The notes: generated by a model not told the origin, from the sequence alone. A stretch of 64,000 nt of DNA from an uncultured Methanomicrobiales archaeon (GCA_963758915.1 CAVWXH010000003.1:224001-288000), one strand, 5' to 3'; numbered from the stretch's first letter, positions 31,004 through 41,060 are shown. Translations and numbers: made by a program.

Positions 31004-31693
31004 ATGGCAATGAAGATTGCAATCACACGGCTGAAGGGTAAGGAGGAGAAGGATAAGGAGTATTGTGCCAATTATGGCCATGAATGCTTTATTGTCTCCC
31101 CCCTGACCGCTAAGGTCCACAATGACCGGGTTGCATCTTTTGTAAAGGCTGTTGAACGTGAGGATTTCGATTGCATTTTCTTCACGAGTGCACTGCCAGC
31201 CCATATTATCGCGCCACTCATCACCCGGCGGCCACGGGTGATTGCAATCGGCCCGCAGACAGCGCGGATCCTGAAATCACACGGTGTTGATTGCGAAACG
31301 CTACCGACATATTATTCCAGGGATTTCGTGCCCTACCTCGGGACCTGGATTAAAGGGAAGAGAATTGGCATTCCAAGGGCAGATGTCCCTAATCCCGATC
31401 TTCTCGAGGCAATTTCAAAAGCAGGGGGAATTGCCACGGAGATCAGGTGTTACTCGCTTGTACCTACAGGGCAGGTACTGGACCTTAAAGATGCAGACGC
31501 AATACTTTTTACCAGTGCAATGTCATTTAAACAGGCTAAATGGAAGCGGAGCCCTGATCTGCTGATTATTGCAATTGGTGATGTGACCGCATCCGTAATG
31601 GTGGCCGACGCTATACGCCCGGATGTGATCGGGGATGGATCACTTGAAGGGACACTCCAGAAGCTGAATGATTACCAGAAACAGGCAGGATAA
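31004..31693 (+). CDS. hemD: Uroporphyrinogen-III synthase
   Basis: KIAITR, FFTSA, AIGPQTA, PRA, LFTSA, AIG.VTA motifs. Confidence 0.88.
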   Translation: MAMKIAITRLKGKEEKDKEYCANYGHECFIVSPLTAKVHNDRVASFVKAVEREDFDCIFFTSALPAHIIAPLITRRPRVIAIGPQTARILKSHGVDCETLPTYYSRDFVPYLGTWIKGKRIGIPRADVPNPDLLEAISKAGGIATEIRCYSLVPTGQVLDLKDADAILFTSAMSFKQAKWKRSPDLLIIAIGDVTASVMVADAIRPDVIGDGSLEGTLQKLNDYQKQAG

Positions 31694-31738
31694 CCGAAGG
31701 TCGGGAAATTGCAGAAAGATTGTAACAATGGGACCGGA

Positions 31739-32671
31739 ATGAACAGGCCGGACCCGGACGCGGTGGGAACAGAAGAAGCAGTGCCCTCGGGCATCCTTGT
31801 TATCGATAAACCCAGGGGCCCTTCAAGTCACCAGGTGACTGCATGGGTGGGGAAAATGCTAGGGGTCCGTGTGGGTCACGCCGGGACCCTTGACCCGCAG
31901 GTTTCCGGAGTCCTGCTGGTCATGCTCGGCAGGGCAGTCCGGCTCGCACCCCTCCTTCTCCAGCACCGGAAAGAATATGTCTGCCTTATGAGACTCCACG
32001 GGGATACTACACGGCAGCGGCTGGATGAAGTAATGGAGGAATTCACCGGGAGAATTTACCAGAGGCCCCCACGGAGAAGTGCCGTTGCAAGGAACCTGAG
32101 GATCCGCACCATCCACTCCCTTACTATCCTTGGTATCGAGGAACGGCTCGTCCTGTTCAGGGTCACGTGCGACGCAGGGACCTATATCCGTTCCCTGTGC
32201 CACCATATCGGTCTCACCCTTGGCACCGGGGCACATATGCAGGAACTCAGGAGGACGAAGTCCGGTGCATTCGGTGAAAGCGACGCATATACCCTCCACG
32301 ACCTTACGGACGCCATATCGTCCTTAAAAAGAGGGGACGATTCGCTTCTCGCGCAGATGATCCAGCCAGTTGAAGCAGGGACAGGTGACCACCCGGGCAT
32401 AACGATCAGGGGGTCTGCAGTCGATGCTGTTGTAAGGGGGGCCGCATTGGCCGGAGTGGGGGTGATCCGATCCGACCAGTTTAAGAAAAAGGAATTAATC
32501 GCAATCAAAACTGAGGCTGGGGAGTTTGTAGGTATCGGAGAGGCCCTGCTTGATTCAGCCAAAATTATCCCGGGGAAGCCGGGGCTTGTGGTCGCCCCGA
32601 GAATCGTATTCATGCTGCCGGGGACCTATGCAAAAGGATGGAAAACGCACAAACCCGCAGTCAGGCCGTAA
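31739..32671 (+). CDS. cbf5: Pseudouridine synthase Cbf5 (H/ACA RNP, TruB family)
   Basis: DKPRGPSSHQV, GHAGTLDP, YQRPP..SAV, GTYIRSLCH, ELRRT; C-terminal PUA domain. Confidence 0.95.
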   Translation: MNRPDPDAVGTEEAVPSGILVIDKPRGPSSHQVTAWVGKMLGVRVGHAGTLDPQVSGVLLVMLGRAVRLAPLLLQHRKEYVCLMRLHGDTTRQRLDEVMEEFTGRIYQRPPRRSAVARNLRIRTIHSLTILGIEERLVLFRVTCDAGTYIRSLCHHIGLTLGTGAHMQELRRTKSGAFGESDAYTLHDLTDAISSLKRGDDSLLAQMIQPVEAGTGDHPGITIRGSAVDAVVRGAALAGVGVIRSDQFKKKELIAIKTEAGEFVGIGEALLDSAKIIPGKPGLVVAPRIVFMLPGTYAKGWKTHKPAVRP

Positions 32672-32828
32672 GGTTAACGGGCCCCACCATTCTTGAACAT
32701 TGCCGGACTTCCCCGGGTGGGCGCGAACATCAGTTCACCACGAGGAACCGTTGTCATCCCGGCCACTCATAGAAGTCCGGTGAGATAGCATTAAAAAAAT
32801 ACCGATGTAATACTAGAGATACACTTTT

Positions 32829-32915
32829 GCTGAGGTTGTCTAGTCCGGTAAGGCGCAGGCCTGGAAAGCCTGTGGGGCGTCCAGCCCCTCGGGAGTTCAA
32901 ATCTCCCCCTCAGCG
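32829..32915 (+). tRNA. tRNA-Ser(GGA)
   Basis: Acceptor GCTGAGG/CCTCAGC, anticodon arm CAGGC-CT-GGA-AA-GCCTG, long variable arm. Confidence 0.95.
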
Positions 32916-32982
32916 TTCATTTTTAGGCATTTCACCAGGCAGGGTTACCGGTGCCAGGGGGACTTCCACAATTCTTTGCCTG

Positions 32983-33729
32983 TCATCCATTCCCCGTATA
33001 CGATTTCCACACTGTTGCGGAGAGTCGTTCATTGGCAAACGACAGATAGTCCTCTACAACTTCAAACCCGATAAAATGCCGCCCCATCTCCTTTGCGGTG
33101 ACGGCAACGGTCCCCGAGCCAAGGAACGGGTCAAGTACGATATCATCGGGGTTACTCGAAAAACGAAGAATTTTCCGGACGATCTCTGATGGCAGTTTTG
33201 TAGGGGTTTTCTTCCTTCCTTTCCAGTATTCACGCTTTATATCCCAGACATCCTCCGGATAGTGCTCCACTTTATTGAACGTGTACCGCTTCGGGTCTTT
33301 CACCACAAACAGGACATGATAATGGCTTGTGACATACTTTTTCTTCGTAAAAACACCGAACTGGTATTTCCAGATAAGGTGGTTCTGGGTAGTAAAACCA
33401 GCTCCGTCAAGACCACCGAGGATATCTTTCAGGTGGTTCCAGCCGGAGAACACGTACATGCTGCCCGACGGGGACAGGACGCGAAAAGCCTCTGTCATCC
33501 ATTCACGGGTAAATGATTCATATTCATCGCCCGCTATCTCCTGGTACCCTTCGAGGACATTGGACCCGGTCCGGTTGTAGTTCAGGCGCTGGGCACGGAA
33601 ATCGATGGCAAAGGGTGGGTCTGTGACGAGGAGGTCGATGGTGGAGTCGGGGAGGTCCCGGATCAGCCGGATTGCGTCCCCCTGATATACCCGGTCCTCC
33701 TGGTACGGTCCGAGATTCCTGTCATTCAC
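32983..33729 (-). CDS. Orphan N6-adenine/N4-cytosine DNA methyltransferase, beta class
   Basis: Motif IV DPPF precedes motif I LDPFLGSGT; no endonuclease adjacent. Confidence 0.88.
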   Translation of the reverse strand: MNDRNLGPYQEDRVYQGDAIRLIRDLPDSTIDLLVTDPPFAIDFRAQRLNYNRTGSNVLEGYQEIAGDEYESFTREWMTEAFRVLSPSGSMYVFSGWNHLKDILGGLDGAGFTTQNHLIWKYQFGVFTKKKYVTSHYHVLFVVKDPKRYTFNKVEHYPEDVWDIKREYWKGRKKTPTKLPSEIVRKILRFSSNPDDIVLDPFLGSGTVAVTAKEMGRHFIGFEVVEDYLSFANERLSATVWKSYTGNG

Positions 33730-33747
33730 AACGATCCCGGACCCCGC

Positions 33748-34332
33748 TCAACAGGAACTGCCTGCCTTTCTTCCCAGTTCGAATGCCTTCAGGTTGGCCT
33801 CCAGTGTTTTGGGAGGGACGAGGCGGCTGACTGACTGTACAAGTGATTCCTGTTTCAGAGGCAGGAACTGTGACGCAGCCCCCATCATGACAATGTTCTG
33901 GGTCAGCGGGCTGCCAGCCTCCTTTGCCAGACCTTCCGCATCGATTACACAGAGTTCAAAATCCGAAAGGCGTCCCGATATCTCCCGTTCAGTCGGGACC
34001 GGGAGGCCCTGCATGAACACCGAAGTCGGTACAACCAGGCGGCTGTTGGTGATAATTTTACCACCCGGCCGGAGGAAATACGAATAGCGGAGCGCCTCAA
34101 GCAGATCGAACGAGAGAATAAGGTCCGCGGTGCCTGGTGCGATAAGCGGGCCAAAACGCCCGTCTATCCGAATATGACTCTCAACGGAACCACCCCGTTG
34201 TGCCATGCCATGAGTCTCGGCCCCTTTTACCGGCCGGTTTTCGATCATGCAGGCTTCACCAAGGATATTTGAGGCGAGGATCGTCCCCTGTCCACCGATA
34301 CCGACAACAAGGATATCATAGCTCTCCTTCAT
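33748..34332 (-). CDS. iorB: Indolepyruvate:ferredoxin oxidoreductase beta subunit
   Basis: VGIGGQG, ETHGMAQRGGSV motifs; ATG 34332 overlaps iorA stop. Confidence 0.93.
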   Translation of the reverse strand: MKESYDILVVGIGGQGTILASNILGEACMIENRPVKGAETHGMAQRGGSVESHIRIDGRFGPLIAPGTADLILSFDLLEALRYSYFLRPGGKIITNSRLVVPTSVFMQGLPVPTEREISGRLSDFELCVIDAEGLAKEAGSPLTQNIVMMGAASQFLPLKQESLVQSVSRLVPPKTLEANLKAFELGRKAGSSC

Positions 34333-36098
34333 TTCCTTCCCCCGGGCATGATGGCCCCTGTCGGACAGATTTGTGCACAAAGTGAGCACCCACTGCATCC
34401 GCTCGTGATTACTGCGTTTTCGCCCGCCATTTCAATCGCCGGACATCCGAACCTGACGCAGGAACCGCAGGCGGTACATTTCTCACTGTCGACCTCATAG
34501 GGCCGTCTCGATATCCCGGCCCGCCTTGCAGAGATCACGCAGGGGTGCCGGGCGATCACGACTTTCACACCAGGCCGTTCTTTTGCTTCTTTTAATGCAT
34601 TTACCATGATGGTCAGGTTGTACGGGTCGACTGTCTCAACAAATGACACGCCACAGGAGCGGCAGATCGATTCAAGTGAAACAGGTGGGACAGGGACTCC
34701 GCAGGCGGTAATCCCTGTCGAGGGGTTCGGCTGGTGTCCGGTCATTGCAGTAATCCGGTTATCAAGGATCACCACCGTTATGGTTGCATTATTGTACACT
34801 GCATTCAAGAGGCCCTGGATCCCGGTATGGAGAAATGTTGAGTCCCCGATCGTACAGACAACATCCCTTTTCTCACCAGAATGGGCTATACCGCTCGCCA
34901 CGGTGATGGATGCACCCATGCATATGGTGGTATCAACACCCCCAAGCTGAAGACCAAGGGTATAGCACCCGATATCACTTGGAAATATACCTTCCCGGAA
35001 GACTTTTTTGATCGCGTAAAATGCAGCCCGGTGCATACACCCGGCACAGAGGATTGGGGGGCGGGGGGGGACATCCAGTGGTGGATCTGCCACCGGAAAG
35101 TCCATATTAGTTGCGAATCCTGCTGATTTCATAATCCTGCCCACCGCGGCAGGGGAAAGTTCACCTTCGTATGGTGCATTTCCGCTTTTCTTCCCGAATA
35201 CCGGGATCGTCCCGGCGACCTGCAGTACCTCTTCCTCAACGAACGGTGACAATTCCTCAACAACCAGTACCCGGTCATGGTGGCTGACAAACTCCTTCAG
35301 CCACGTTTCATCAATGGGGTATGCCCCGATCATTGCAAAGGAGGTCGTGGGGGGAATGATTTCAGAGACATACGACGCAGCGATACCACTTGCAATTACT
35401 GCATCCCGGCCCCGCACTTCGGCCTTGTTATAGCCCAGTTCGACAAGCCGCTTTTTAATATTTGCCTGTTTTTCATTCAGTTTTTTATGCAGGACACGGG
35501 TATGGGCCGGTATTACCACATACTGCCTGGGGTCCCTGTTGAATTGCCCTGTGCGCCCTGACACCTGAATATCCCCGAGAGTGACATCCCCTTTTGAGTG
35601 ACAGATCCTTGTGGTGGGACGGAATACTACGGGAAGGCCGGTCTCCTCTGAGAAGCCGAAGGCATCCCTGACCATATCATGGGCCTCCTGTATACTGCAC
35701 GGGTCAAAGCAGGGGACCTTTGCGAACTTTGCATACATCCGGCTGTCCTGTTCATTCTGGGAACTGTGCGCGAACGGGTCATCCGCACTCATGATCACAA
35801 GCCCGCCTGTCACACCGGTGTAGCTGCTTGTCATTAACGGGTCTGCGGCCACGTTCAGGCCGACATGTTTCATCGTGCACAACGCACGGATACCGCACCA
35901 CGCCGCTCCAAGGGCATTTTCAAGGGCCACTTTTTCGTTCACGGACCACTCGATATAGTAATGGCGTTCCGGCTGCCCCCTCAGGATATCCACGACCTCA
36001 GATGAGGGAGTCCCCGGATATCCGCAGATAAAATCCACGGGGGATTCAAGACAGGCATGAGCTATTGCCTCGTTTCCTAGAAGATAACGTCGTTCCAT
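34329..36098 (-). CDS. iorA: Indolepyruvate:ferredoxin oxidoreductase alpha subunit
   Basis: LGNEAIA, YPGTPSSE, KHVGLNVAAD, SSQNEQD, DIGCY, GDSTF TPP motif, C-terminal ferredoxin motifs. Confidence 0.95.
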   Translation of the reverse strand: MERRYLLGNEAIAHACLESPVDFICGYPGTPSSEVVDILRGQPERHYYIEWSVNEKVALENALGAAWCGIRALCTMKHVGLNVAADPLMTSSYTGVTGGLVIMSADDPFAHSSQNEQDSRMYAKFAKVPCFDPCSIQEAHDMVRDAFGFSEETGLPVVFRPTTRICHSKGDVTLGDIQVSGRTGQFNRDPRQYVVIPAHTRVLHKKLNEKQANIKKRLVELGYNKAEVRGRDAVIASGIAASYVSEIIPPTTSFAMIGAYPIDETWLKEFVSHHDRVLVVEELSPFVEEEVLQVAGTIPVFGKKSGNAPYEGELSPAAVGRIMKSAGFATNMDFPVADPPLDVPPRPPILCAGCMHRAAFYAIKKVFREGIFPSDIGCYTLGLQLGGVDTTICMGASITVASGIAHSGEKRDVVCTIGDSTFLHTGIQGLLNAVYNNATITVVILDNRITAMTGHQPNPSTGITACGVPVPPVSLESICRSCGVSFVETVDPYNLTIMVNALKEAKERPGVKVVIARHPCVISARRAGISRRPYEVDSEKCTACGSCVRFGCPAIEMAGENAVITSGCSGCSLCAQICPTGAIMPGGRK

Positions 36099-36219
36099 GA
36101 TCCCATTTCCGCTTGTACTTTCAAGAGTACCACAATCATGGGGTTTTAATGTACCGTTTTCACCCGCGATTCACAACTTATAAAAACTCCCGTACACTAA
36201 ATTAATAGTCAACTCTTGT

Positions 36220-36293
36220 GGGCCCGTAGCATAGCCCGGTGGTGCGCCCGGCTGATAACCGGGAGGTCATGTGTTCGAATCACATCGGGCCCA
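36220..36293 (+). tRNA. tRNA-Ile(GAT)
   Basis: Acceptor GGGCCCG/CGGGCCC, anticodon arm CCCGG-CT-GAT-AA-CCGGG, TTATAAA box upstream. Confidence 0.95.
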
Positions 36294-36322
36294 TTCATTA
36301 CAAACCGGATTTTTGATCTTTT

Positions 36323-36778
36323 ATGAAACGTAACCAGCTCGTAATCATCGTAGCAGGACTGATTATATGCGCCCTACTATCAGTAATCAGCATATACCTG
36401 ACCGGCATTGGAGTTATCCTCGTAATTACCCTCGCGATGTCCTTCCAGATCTTCCAGGACTCAGAGCGCCTCACCGATCTGGCAGTGGTCCTGTCTGAAA
36501 ACGCAAAAGTCGTCAGCGTAATAAACAGGGGTAACATGCCGATACGGAATATCGTCGTTTCCCTGGTCCCGTTTGACATGGAATTCAAAGTATCTGAACT
36601 CGCCGTGGACGGGATATTCCCCTATGAACTCCCGCAGATGATACATGAGGCAAGGGCTATTGTTGAATTTGAAGATATTACCGGCAAAAAATACAATAAG
36701 TCGTTTCAGCTCTCTGCACTTCACAGCGATGATGACCTGCTTAAACCAATGTTTCCAACATTTGACTGGAAAAAATAA
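36323..36778 (+). CDS. Hypothetical membrane protein (two N-terminal TM helices plus beta-rich domain)
   Basis: 151-aa ORF, hydrophobic N-terminus, gene-like composition. Confidence 0.7.
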   Translation: MKRNQLVIIVAGLIICALLSVISIYLTGIGVILVITLAMSFQIFQDSERLTDLAVVLSENAKVVSVINRGNMPIRNIVVSLVPFDMEFKVSELAVDGIFPYELPQMIHEARAIVEFEDITGKKYNKSFQLSALHSDDDLLKPMFPTFDWKK

Positions 36779-36842
36779 TCGTCAGTATAGGTCCAGTAAC
36801 CCCGGAATAATTGCCACTGATAAAAAAAATGGGACCAAATAA

Positions 36843-37373
36843 TTATTCTTCTTTTGCAAAAATAAAGTTAATCGTCTTTTCAAGCGCCTCAAGAAGTGCG
36901 TCCTGGTTTTTCAGATAGTCGTGCAGTGCCCGGTAGAGCATGAACATAATTTCGTACCCGTAGAGGTCAATTACTTCACGGGGCGTAAGCGGGTGAAGGT
37001 AAGAGTCTACCAGGAACCCATCGGAGCTGTACATGATCTCATAAAATTTCCCATCTTCTGAAAGGAGGCAGAACTGGTCATCCACTTTTTTACTGATATC
37101 ATCAAGCCTGAATTTGACCGGGTCGGTTTTACCGAGGACTATCATCTTCTGCGGGTAAAATGAGGTATCATATAATTCACCGCTTCCCTCCTGTTTCCCT
37201 TTCTCCAGCATGTTAAGACCGATGGACCGGATGACAGGCAGCGCCATCCCTCCCATTTTCTCTATCAGGAGAGCGTCATTTTCTTTAATTTCTTTTGCTG
37301 CAGCATCCGTGCTTTTCGTCATCCCGTCGATTTTCTCTGTTAGTTTTGTGAAGCCGGCCTCAATTTCGTCCAT
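36843..37373 (-). CDS. Hypothetical protein
   Basis: MDEIEAGF... start with GAGG RBS; globular acidic protein. Confidence 0.7.
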   Translation of the reverse strand: MDEIEAGFTKLTEKIDGMTKSTDAAAKEIKENDALLIEKMGGMALPVIRSIGLNMLEKGKQEGSGELYDTSFYPQKMIVLGKTDPVKFRLDDISKKVDDQFCLLSEDGKFYEIMYSSDGFLVDSYLHPLTPREVIDLYGYEIMFMLYRALHDYLKNQDALLEALEKTINFIFAKEE

Positions 37374-37655
37374 GGTAGTATCCTCATTACTGCTGGTTAA
37401 TCGTTCCAATCTCATTTGGTGAAGACAGATGATGAAAATATAGGTTCCTAAAAAATCCTCCTTTAGTATCGCATTTCCACACATAAACCGTATGATGCGA
37501 TATGATACCGCGGCTCTGTCAGAAGCACCGGCGGAGTGCCCTCTGCAACGCAGTTGCCAGGATAGAAGCAGGGATAAAGGAGATTTGTATGCCCGGGTCC
37601 GCAGGATAAGGAATCTTAAAGGGGGTCCGGAACCTGTTCCTGGCAGTAAAGGGGC

Positions 37656-38939
37656 TCATACCCTCGAGCCGATAAAATAATACATTCTTTCTTCGGTAAG
37701 AATGGCATTGCCGGTCGTGCCCATGGGCAGGTCTTCCTTAAGGACCACCCCCAGGTACGACGGAGTCCGGGCAACCACGGAACCTTCCCTGATTTTCTCA
37801 GTGACAATAAAGGGTACGGTTTTACCAATCCACGAGGCATTTATGGCATGATACACCTCTTCGGAACAGGCGTTCATCATTCTCGACCGCTTTTTCTTGA
37901 TATAATCGGTAAAATCATGTACCCCTGACATATCAGTGCCCTGGCGTTTTGAAAACCGGGTGATATTCACCTTATTCGGCCGGATTGTTCTTATAAGGTC
38001 GAGCGACTGCAAAAAATCCTCCTCCGTTTCCCCGGGAAATCCGACAATTATGTCAGTCATGATAGTGATATCCGGGTACCACTCCCTCATGGTATCAATA
38101 AGTGCACAACAATCCGCAGAGGAGTACCCCCTCCGCATCCTTTTGAGTACCGTATCCGAACCCGACTGGATCGGTATATGAATGAACTGAAATATCTTTT
38201 CACCTTCGAAGACCTGTAAGAGGTCCGGTATTATCCGCTGAAGCGTCACCGGGTTCATCATGCCGATGCGGACCCGGAATTCCCCCTCAAGCCGGGAGAT
38301 AGTCCTGATAAGCCGGGGTAGTGATTCCCCGGTATCGGACCCCCATGCACTGATGTCCTGTGCAGTAAGCTGGATTTCCACCGCACCAAGATCGATGTGC
38401 TGGCTGACCTGGCTGATAATTTCATCACCGGGAAAACTGACCAGTGGGCCCCGGGCATACCTTGTGATGCAATAAGAGCAGTTTCCAAGGCACCCCTGGG
38501 CAACCTGTACAATCCCGGGCGTTGTTTTTTGTATGGCCGGATGTAACCGGTAGGCCTCCTGGATACACCGGGGTGGGATAAAGGCAGGGTTGGAGATAGC
38601 GAGAATTCTGTCCGCTTCCACGGCAGGCATGCAACCCGTAATGTAAAGCCGTGAATCGCTGAATGCCCCTATCGCACGGAGGACCTTTCGCGCGGTGCTC
38701 TCCACCACAGTACAACTATTAATGATAATGGCATCCGCACCACCGGGAGACCCCGATATCACGCACCCCTGGTGCCTGAGGACCTCGATAAGTTTCCTGG
38801 TATCCCCGTGGTTATAAGTACATCCGAATGTCCGGATATATACCCGGGCATTTCTGATCTCCCGGAGCGCCTCGCACCCACTTGCAATAATTTCAGGGAC
38901 GGGGTCTTTCTCATTCAAAGCCAGGTACCTCCCGCTCAC
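37656..38939 (-). CDS. tRNA t6A37 methylthiotransferase (archaeal e-MtaB / MiaB-like radical SAM)
   Basis: UPF0004 TFGC..N, NSCTV, TGC; CLGNCSYC radical-SAM motif; DIIVGFPGET; TRAM domain. Confidence 0.9.
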   Translation of the reverse strand: MSGRYLALNEKDPVPEIIASGCEALREIRNARVYIRTFGCTYNHGDTRKLIEVLRHQGCVISGSPGGADAIIINSCTVVESTARKVLRAIGAFSDSRLYITGCMPAVEADRILAISNPAFIPPRCIQEAYRLHPAIQKTTPGIVQVAQGCLGNCSYCITRYARGPLVSFPGDEIISQVSQHIDLGAVEIQLTAQDISAWGSDTGESLPRLIRTISRLEGEFRVRIGMMNPVTLQRIIPDLLQVFEGEKIFQFIHIPIQSGSDTVLKRMRRGYSSADCCALIDTMREWYPDITIMTDIIVGFPGETEEDFLQSLDLIRTIRPNKVNITRFSKRQGTDMSGVHDFTDYIKKKRSRMMNACSEEVYHAINASWIGKTVPFIVTEKIREGSVVARTPSYLGVVLKEDLPMGTTGNAILTEERMYYFIGSRV

Positions 38940-39153
38940 TCATTTCCTGTACTAGATTCCCTTCCGGGAAGTTATGGGTTCTCACGTTTCTGATGACCTG
39001 AAGAGTCCGGGGGCTTATTCCCCATCTATCGTCAGCAATAATCCTTCAGGCAGGAAATGAGGCCACTTTACCGGTCATTCCCACAAAGGAATAGCATTAT
39101 AAAATAATTTCCCTGATTTCAATCAAAATAATTAACCGATCAAAATCCAGTAT

Positions 39154-39921
39154 GTGTGTACAATGATCAGGATCGGGTTAATCGGCTGTGGAAATATCGG
39201 ACATATCATTGCAAAATACCAGGATAGGTTTGAGATCCTTTCACTATTCGATATTGTCCCCGAAAAATCCCGGGAGCTGGCAGCGATCTGTGGAGGGGCC
39301 GCATACGATGATTTCGGGGCATTTATCTCCAGCGACTTCGATATTGTCGTGGAAGCGGCATCAGTAAAAGCAGTCCGGCTCTTTGGAGAGCAGGTCCTGG
39401 ACCACAACAAAGACCTTGTGATCATGAGCGTGGGAGCACTGTCAGATAAAGCATTTCTCGCATTGCTTACCGAAACAGCGAGGAAAAACCAGAGAAAGAT
39501 CTATATCCCGAGCGGTGCGATAATGGGCCTTGATAACATTAAGGCGGGGCAGATCTCAGGAATTGACCGGTTATTGCTCAGGACTACGAAGAGCCCGGAA
39601 TCACTTGGTTTGGAGGCCAGTGAAAGAAAACTCCTCTTCTCTGGGAAATCTAATGAATGTATCAAGGAATTTCCAAAGAATGTCAACGTCTCAGTCGCCC
39701 TCGGCCTCGCAGCGGGAACCGATGCAGATGTTGAACTCTGGGTAGACCCCGGTGTTGACCGCAATATCCATGAGATTTTTGTTGAGGGAAAATTCGGGGA
39801 TGCCTACATTAAAGTCAGGAATGTACCGAGCCCGGATAATGCGGCAACCAGTTATCTTGCAGCCCTGTCCATCCTGACACTGCTCCGGAACCTTGAAAAC
39901 CCGCTTGTTATCGGGACCTGA
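39154..39921 (+). CDS. nadX: L-aspartate dehydrogenase
   Basis: IGCGNIG, VVEAAS, MSVGAL, PSGAI.GLD, FPKNVNV, N.HEI, TSYLAALS motifs. Confidence 0.93.
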   Translation: MCTMIRIGLIGCGNIGHIIAKYQDRFEILSLFDIVPEKSRELAAICGGAAYDDFGAFISSDFDIVVEAASVKAVRLFGEQVLDHNKDLVIMSVGALSDKAFLALLTETARKNQRKIYIPSGAIMGLDNIKAGQISGIDRLLLRTTKSPESLGLEASERKLLFSGKSNECIKEFPKNVNVSVALGLAAGTDADVELWVDPGVDRNIHEIFVEGKFGDAYIKVRNVPSPDNAATSYLAALSILTLLRNLENPLVIGT

Positions 39922-39944
39922 ACCCGGATATAAATGATAATATC

Positions 39945-40805
39945 ATGACCGAAGTACCACTGGAATATCTCCTTTCTTTTGTTGAAGAAGATGCACCGTC
40001 CGGCGATATTACCACTGATGCAATAATCCCGCCTGATACCTGTTGCACGGCCATGATCATCGCAAAGGAAGAGGGGATTATTTGTGGTCTTTTTGAGGCG
40101 GGGCGCCTGTTTACCCATTTTGGTATCGAGGTCACACAAAAGTACCGTGATGGGTGTCCTGTAAAACGGGGCGAGGTCATCCTCTCGCTTAAGGGGAACG
40201 CCCCCCGTATCCTTCTCCTTGAAAGGACAACGTTGAATATCATTGGCAGGATGAGCGGTATTGCTACAAAAACAAAATCCTGCATGGACCAGCTCCGGTC
40301 TGTGGGTAGTACCTGCCGCGTGGCGGCGACCAGGAAAACCTCCCCGGGTATGAGGATCCTTGATAAGAAAGCCGTTATGCTCGGTGGCGGGGACCCCCAC
40401 CGTTATTCCCTTTCAGACGGGGTCCTTATCAAAGACAACCACCTTGCCCTGGTACCGCTCACTGGTGCAATAGCATCTGCGAGAGCACGGTCGTTCTACA
40501 GGAAAATTGAGGTAGAGGTAGAGGACCCGGATTCGGCCGTCGTGGCAGCGGAGGCAGGAGCGGATATTATCATGCTGGATAACATGACGCCGGAAATGGT
40601 TGTGCATACCCTGAAGGAATTGAATTCCAGAAACCTGCGTTCTGGCAGGGTTATCGAGGTATCAGGAACTATTAGTGAGGATTCAATCCGAAATTACGCG
40701 GTCCCGGGTGTTGATGTGATCAGTATAGGCGCCCTCACGCATTCAGTCCGGAATTTTGATGTCAGCCTCGAGATCAGAAGCCCCGGATCCCAGGTAACTG
40801 AATAA
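39945..40805 (+). CDS. nadC: Nicotinate-nucleotide pyrophosphorylase (QPRTase)
   Basis: EDAPSGDIT, ERTTLN, SGIAT, TRKT.PG, HR.SLSD..LIKDNH, IMLDN motifs. Confidence 0.95.
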   Translation: MTEVPLEYLLSFVEEDAPSGDITTDAIIPPDTCCTAMIIAKEEGIICGLFEAGRLFTHFGIEVTQKYRDGCPVKRGEVILSLKGNAPRILLLERTTLNIIGRMSGIATKTKSCMDQLRSVGSTCRVAATRKTSPGMRILDKKAVMLGGGDPHRYSLSDGVLIKDNHLALVPLTGAIASARARSFYRKIEVEVEDPDSAVVAAEAGADIIMLDNMTPEMVVHTLKELNSRNLRSGRVIEVSGTISEDSIRNYAVPGVDVISIGALTHSVRNFDVSLEIRSPGSQVTE

Positions 40806-40839
40806 TTACACAAGGGCACATGGTTTTTTTATGACAATT

Positions 40840-41060
40840 GGGTTGTTAAAACCCTCTCAAATCTATGTTGCAGATTTGGGTAATTCCAAAATTCAGTCAC
40901 GCACCCGGGGCGTCGCCCTGCCGATTTGGTGACCCCGGTTGGTATAGGGAATACTCTCCAAATCCCATAGATTTTCCTGAATGCCCCGGTTGATCCCTGC
41001 CAATCACTATCGTTTCTGAGGTGGGGCATAGAGGGAGTTTCACACGTTTTTCAGGTTTCT
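40840..41060 (+). mobile_element. MITE-like repeat, copy 4 (short, right end degraded)
   Basis: Starts gggttgttaaaaccctctcaaatc...gcagatttgggtaattccaaaatt...ccggggcgtcgccctgccgatttggtgaccccggttgg, matching copies 1-3. Confidence 0.7.

Noticed and set aside
38965-39005. Fluoride riboswitch-like ...ATGGGTTC...CTGATGACC
   Set aside because: P1 helix does not pair, spacing is too short, and no fluoride-related gene lies downstream
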